A stretch of DNA of 64,000 nucleotides. It comes from Rhodothermales bacterium (GTDB lineage: Bacteria > Bacteroidota > Rhodothermia > Rhodothermales > Bin80). The stretch lies in the NCBI GenBank assembly GCA_963663495.1, contig OY760427.1, positions 5,586,170 to 5,650,169 on the forward strand, in the 5' to 3' direction. Shown one piece after another: positions 60,514 through 64,000 of the stretch. The position numbers were made by a program, and so were the translations under genes. Within the stretch, counting starts at the first letter, position 1. Every line of letters starts with the position of its first letter. The notes beneath the pieces were generated by a model. The model saw only the letters and a program-made list of their open reading frames with translations, searched no databases and had not been told where the DNA came from.

Positions 60514-63364
60514 CTGCCCTTCCCCCATAAATCATCCAACACGGTTCGATTGTTCGTCAGTTTTGGTCAACTCTCGCTGGCATGGCTGTCGGAATATCTC
60601 GGGTATTTCGACCTGACAGGTATGGTGTGTGACTTGAGGTGAATAATGCCGTCCTCTCGTGCGGATACGCGATCTCTTCCTGCGCCGCTTCCACTGCCAT
60701 CCTACCACTTCAGGTATTTGACATTTTGCTACTTGTTTTTTATGTTGTGGCATGCTTCAGCGAAGTCAGGTCTTACGAACGCTCACCGCTCCCTGCAATG
60801 GAGAGCGTTTGGACAGGGTTCTTGCCGACGATCGTTGGCGGTTTCGCACGCAGATAGCGCGCGCTGTCTGTGAAGAGTTCGGGTTTGTTGATGCACGGGG
60901 CGAACCGCAGGTGAGCAACTGTGCGCAGGCTTTATCGAAGTTGGAGGCCCGGGGGAGGATTGTGTTGCCCAAGCCCGAGAATTGTAATGCGGCTAAGGCG
61001 GAACCGCGTAGGCGCGAGGAGCGGGTACCGGATCCGATAGCGTTACCGGACACGGTACACGGTGTCCGGGGGTTGACGATTGAGTTGGTTGAGACGGACG
61101 AGCAGCGTATGGTGTGGAACACGTTGCTGCACTTTGAGCATCCGAGGCGTACGACCACATTTGTGGGAGCGCAGGTACGCTATCTGATAGGCAGTGCCCA
61201 TGGTTACCTGGGAGCGGTGGGATTTTCGGCGGCGGCGTTGTGCCTGGCGCCCAGAGAGCACTGGATGGCGTGGAGTGATGAGCAGCGCAAGGCGCATTTG
61301 CACCGTGTGGTGTGTTTGAGTCGTTTTCTGATACGGGGGCAGTGTCAGGATTTGGCCAGCCATGTACTGGGTAAGGTATTGAGACGGTTGGCGGATGATT
61401 TTCAGGCACGGTACTGTTACCGTCCCTGGGTTGTCGAAACGTATGTGGATCCCCAAGGGGAAGGAGCGTGTTTTGAGGTGAACAATTTTGTATTGATCGG
61501 CCATACCGCAGGCGGAAAGCGGCACAAGGAGGCAAAGGAAGAGGATCCCAAGGGGCTGTATGTATACGAGTTGGACAAAGAATGGCGCGGGACCTTGGGG
61601 GAACCGGAGGAGGAGTTGCGTCCGGTGAGGGATCCGCACGAGGGGATTGACAGTGCGCAGTGGGCCGAAACGGAGTTTGGCGGAGCGCCATTGGGAGACA
61701 GGCGGTTGTCTGTGCGACTGGTAAAGAGTACGTCCATGTTGGCCGATGTGATAGGCCACAGCATTACCGCGCATACGGATGCGGACCGCGCGGCGGTGAA
61801 GGGGCATTACCGGTTATTGGAGAGCAAGAAGGACAAAACGGTAACGCCGGAGAACATATTGGCGCCGCATCGTGGGCGTACGATAGAGCGCATGCGTAGT
61901 CAGGAGACCGTGTTATGCATCCAGGACACGACGAAGTTGCGGTACAGTACGCGGCCGGCGTGTACGGATTTGGAGGTAATAGGGAGTAATCAGACGACGG
62001 CGAAGACGCTGGGGTTGCCGTTGCATGCGACGCTGGTGGTGACGGAGGATGGATTGCCGTTGGGGGTGTTGCGTGGCAGCTTCAAGGATCCGGAGGAGGG
62101 TCCGCATGCTCCGCGGACGCAGCAGTGGATAGACGGGTTCAAGGATATATGCGAGGCGGCGGAGGAGCTGTCCGGCGAGACGCAGGTGATCTGTGTTGCG
62201 GACCGGGAGGCGGACAGCTTTGCTATGTTTGCCGAGCAGCGCAGACAGGGTAAGGCGGAGGTATTGATACGAGCGAAGCATGATCGCAAGCTGTTGGATG
62301 ATCGCAAGCTGTTTGCGGTAATGCGCAGTGGTAAGGCTCCGGGGAATGTGGAGATAGAGATACAGCGGGTGACGGCGCGCAAGAAGCAGGCGCGCAAGCA
62401 GGCACGGAAGGGTCGCAGTTACCGGATGGTCAATACGGAGGTACGCTACGGGAGGTTCTTGTTGCCGGATCCGAAGAACGAGGAGGAGCCGGTGGTGATG
62501 TACGGGGTGCATGTGATGGAGGTGGAGCCTCCGGGGGATGCGCTGCCGGTGGAGTGGATGCTATTGACCAGCATGGAGGTAGGGAGCGTAGCGGATGCAC
62601 GGCGGGTGTTGGCAATGTATCTCAAGCGGTGGCGGGTGGAAGACTTCTTCCGCGTGCTCAAGAGTGGGTGCAAGGTAGAGCGTTTGGGTCTGCGTACCTC
62701 GTTGCGTCTGCAGCGAGCAATAACGATGTATTGTGTGATATCCTGGCGCGTCATGACCTTGGTGCAATTGGGTCGGGAGGTGCCGGAGCTGGACGCGGAT
62801 GTCTTTTTCACGGAGATGGAGCTGCGATTCTTGGATGGATAGGCAGCACGGGTAAAGCTGCCGAAGCCCAGTACTTTGGGAGCTGCTATCCTGATCGTAG
62901 CGGTGCTCGGGTGAGCGTGCGGTGAACTGCATCTTGATTAGGTGACGGGTTCTGTATAGCTTACCCGTAGACGTGAGAACCCAGACCCCGGACCGCATGG
63001 TACAGCCCAGACGTACGGCGGAAGAGATGTTTCCGCTGGTAGAGCAGTATAACGAAAGGACCCGGTCCGCAGCGGCGTCTTGCACAGAGCAGGGCATCTC
63101 GTACGGACCGTTGAATTACTGGAGGCAGAAGTATCGCCAGGAGACTGCAGCCGAGGGTTCGTGGATGTAGGCAATGCAGCGCCAAGGGAAGCGGCGCAGG
63201 AAGAGATCGCGTATCCGCACGAGAGGATGGCATTATTCACCTCAGGTCACACACCATACCTGTTAGGCCGAAATACCCGAGATATTCCGACAGCCATGCC
63301 AGCGATACTTGACCATACCTGCGAACAATCGAACCGTAATGGATGATTTATGGGTACAGGGCAG
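60514..63364 (+). mobile_element. Second copy of the DUF4338-IS4 element (non-matching flanks)
   Basis: Arms 60514-60692 and 63187-63364. Flanks GCAAAGCT and CGCTAGCC differ. Confidence 0.9.
60752..62842 (+). pseudogene. DUF4338-IS4 transposase with a premature stop and 3' deletion
   Basis: Near-identical to 9100-11421. TAT to TAG at 62840; the last part of the gene is deleted near 62910. Confidence 0.88.
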
Positions 63365-63456
63365 CGCTAGCCCATAAACCTTCGAACCGCACTCTAACTT
63401 ACTCTAATTGAGAGAGTAAATACCCTCGGTTATAATGTACTTCACCGGACGGACAC
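63365..63456 (+). mobile_element. IS66 right-end fragment
   Basis: Matches 8318-8409; ends ATGTACTTCACCGGACGGACAC. Confidence 0.9.
63408..63436 (+). promoter_or_regulatory. IS66 outward sigma70-consensus promoter facing into the CRISPR array
   Basis: TTGAGA (63408-63413), 17-nt spacer, TATAAT (63431-63436). Confidence 0.55.
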
Positions 63457-63925
63457 GGGCGGTCCGTGCGAGACTGGTATTGCAGCGGCAGATGGGGTTA
63501 AGCCACAACCTGCTTTCAATCCCCTAGTAGGCGGGGCGGTCCGTGCGAGCTACTTCAGTAGAAGAAGCGACTAAACTATTGGCGTAGCTTTCAATCCCCT
63601 AGTAGGCGGGGCGGTCCGTGCGAGGTATGCGACGGATGTTATGACGGATCATACGTGTGCGATCTTTCAATCCCCTAGTAGGCGGGGCGGTCCGTGCGAG
63701 TAAGAGGGAGCTCTTACAACTACGCATCTGACGTACAAGACTTTCAATCCCCTAGTAGGCGGGGCGGTCCGTGCGAGATCTTGATTTTATTCATTAAATG
63801 GCAAGAGCCATGACTTTCAATCCCCTAGTAGGCGGGGCGGTCCGTGCGAGCGTTTGCGGTTACGCGGAGCGGGGGAGGTGCGTTAGGTCTTTCAATCCCC
63901 TAGTAGGCGGGGCGGTCCGTGCGAG
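63457..63925 (-). CRISPR. CRISPR array: 6 full 37-bp repeats, 1 partial repeat and 6 spacers (36-40 bp); possibly type III
   Basis: Identical repeat CTTTCAATCCCCTAGTAGGCGGGGCGGTCCGTGCGAG at 63513, 63588, 63664, 63741, 63814 and 63889. The last 16 nt occur at 63457-63472. The reverse complement ends in ATTGAAAG. Confidence 0.97.
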
Positions 63926-64000
63926 AGTACCCTATGGTTCTCGTCCAGACGATAGAATAGCGGCTCACAAGCGTCACAGCATCGCACGCAGTATGTTGCT
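63926..64000 (-). promoter_or_regulatory. Probable start of the CRISPR leader
   Basis: 75 bp without a further repeat, on the predicted 5' side of the array. Confidence 0.55.

Noticed and set aside
60514-60528. MGEGQ start of the IS1634 ORF
   Set aside because: The ATG comes from the inserted IS4 terminal arm, not from the native gene.
1-64000. rRNA, tRNA, reverse transcriptase (retron/DGR) or prophage structural genes
   Set aside because: No supporting motifs were seen; small RNAs could be missed without covariance searches.

Overview
Bacterial chromosomal window, probably from a Rhodothermota/Bacteroidota-type host (inferred from two T9SS C-terminal sorting domains, a Tat HiPIP and the core gene set). 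A housekeeping core (folE, PTPS, HIT, coaE, PhoR/PhoB-like pair, BtuB/BtuG-like pair, HiPIP, two SLC12-like transporters, glgA, creD, gcvP, rnc, hisG/hisE, M1 peptidase, rpoN, intein-containing ruvB, FAD/Fe-S oxidoreductase, MFS, PhyH) is flanked by two dense nests of insertion sequences (1-19.3 kb and 58.3-63.5 kb). The nests contain IS66, IS110, ISNCY, an IS4-like element with a DUF4338 fusion and IS1634. The window also holds a type I-G cas3 remnant and ends in a 37-bp-repeat CRISPR array. The most unusual feature is a TnpB RNA-guided nuclease gene present in three damaged copies. It is bounded by IS1595/ISNwi-like terminal inverted repeats rather than IS200/IS605 ends, and at 44853-46334 the unit has an exact 8-bp target duplication. 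Other notable points: an IS66 end sits inside a CRISPR repeat and carries an outward sigma70-consensus promoter; three ISs are stacked in the upstream non-coding region of an IS110 (candidate bridge RNA); one IS4-like element has 179-bp terminal inverted arms; RuvB has a mini-intein; and there is a Schlafen/AlbA_2 protein with an atypical C-terminus. All family calls come from motif recognition by eye; no searches were run.
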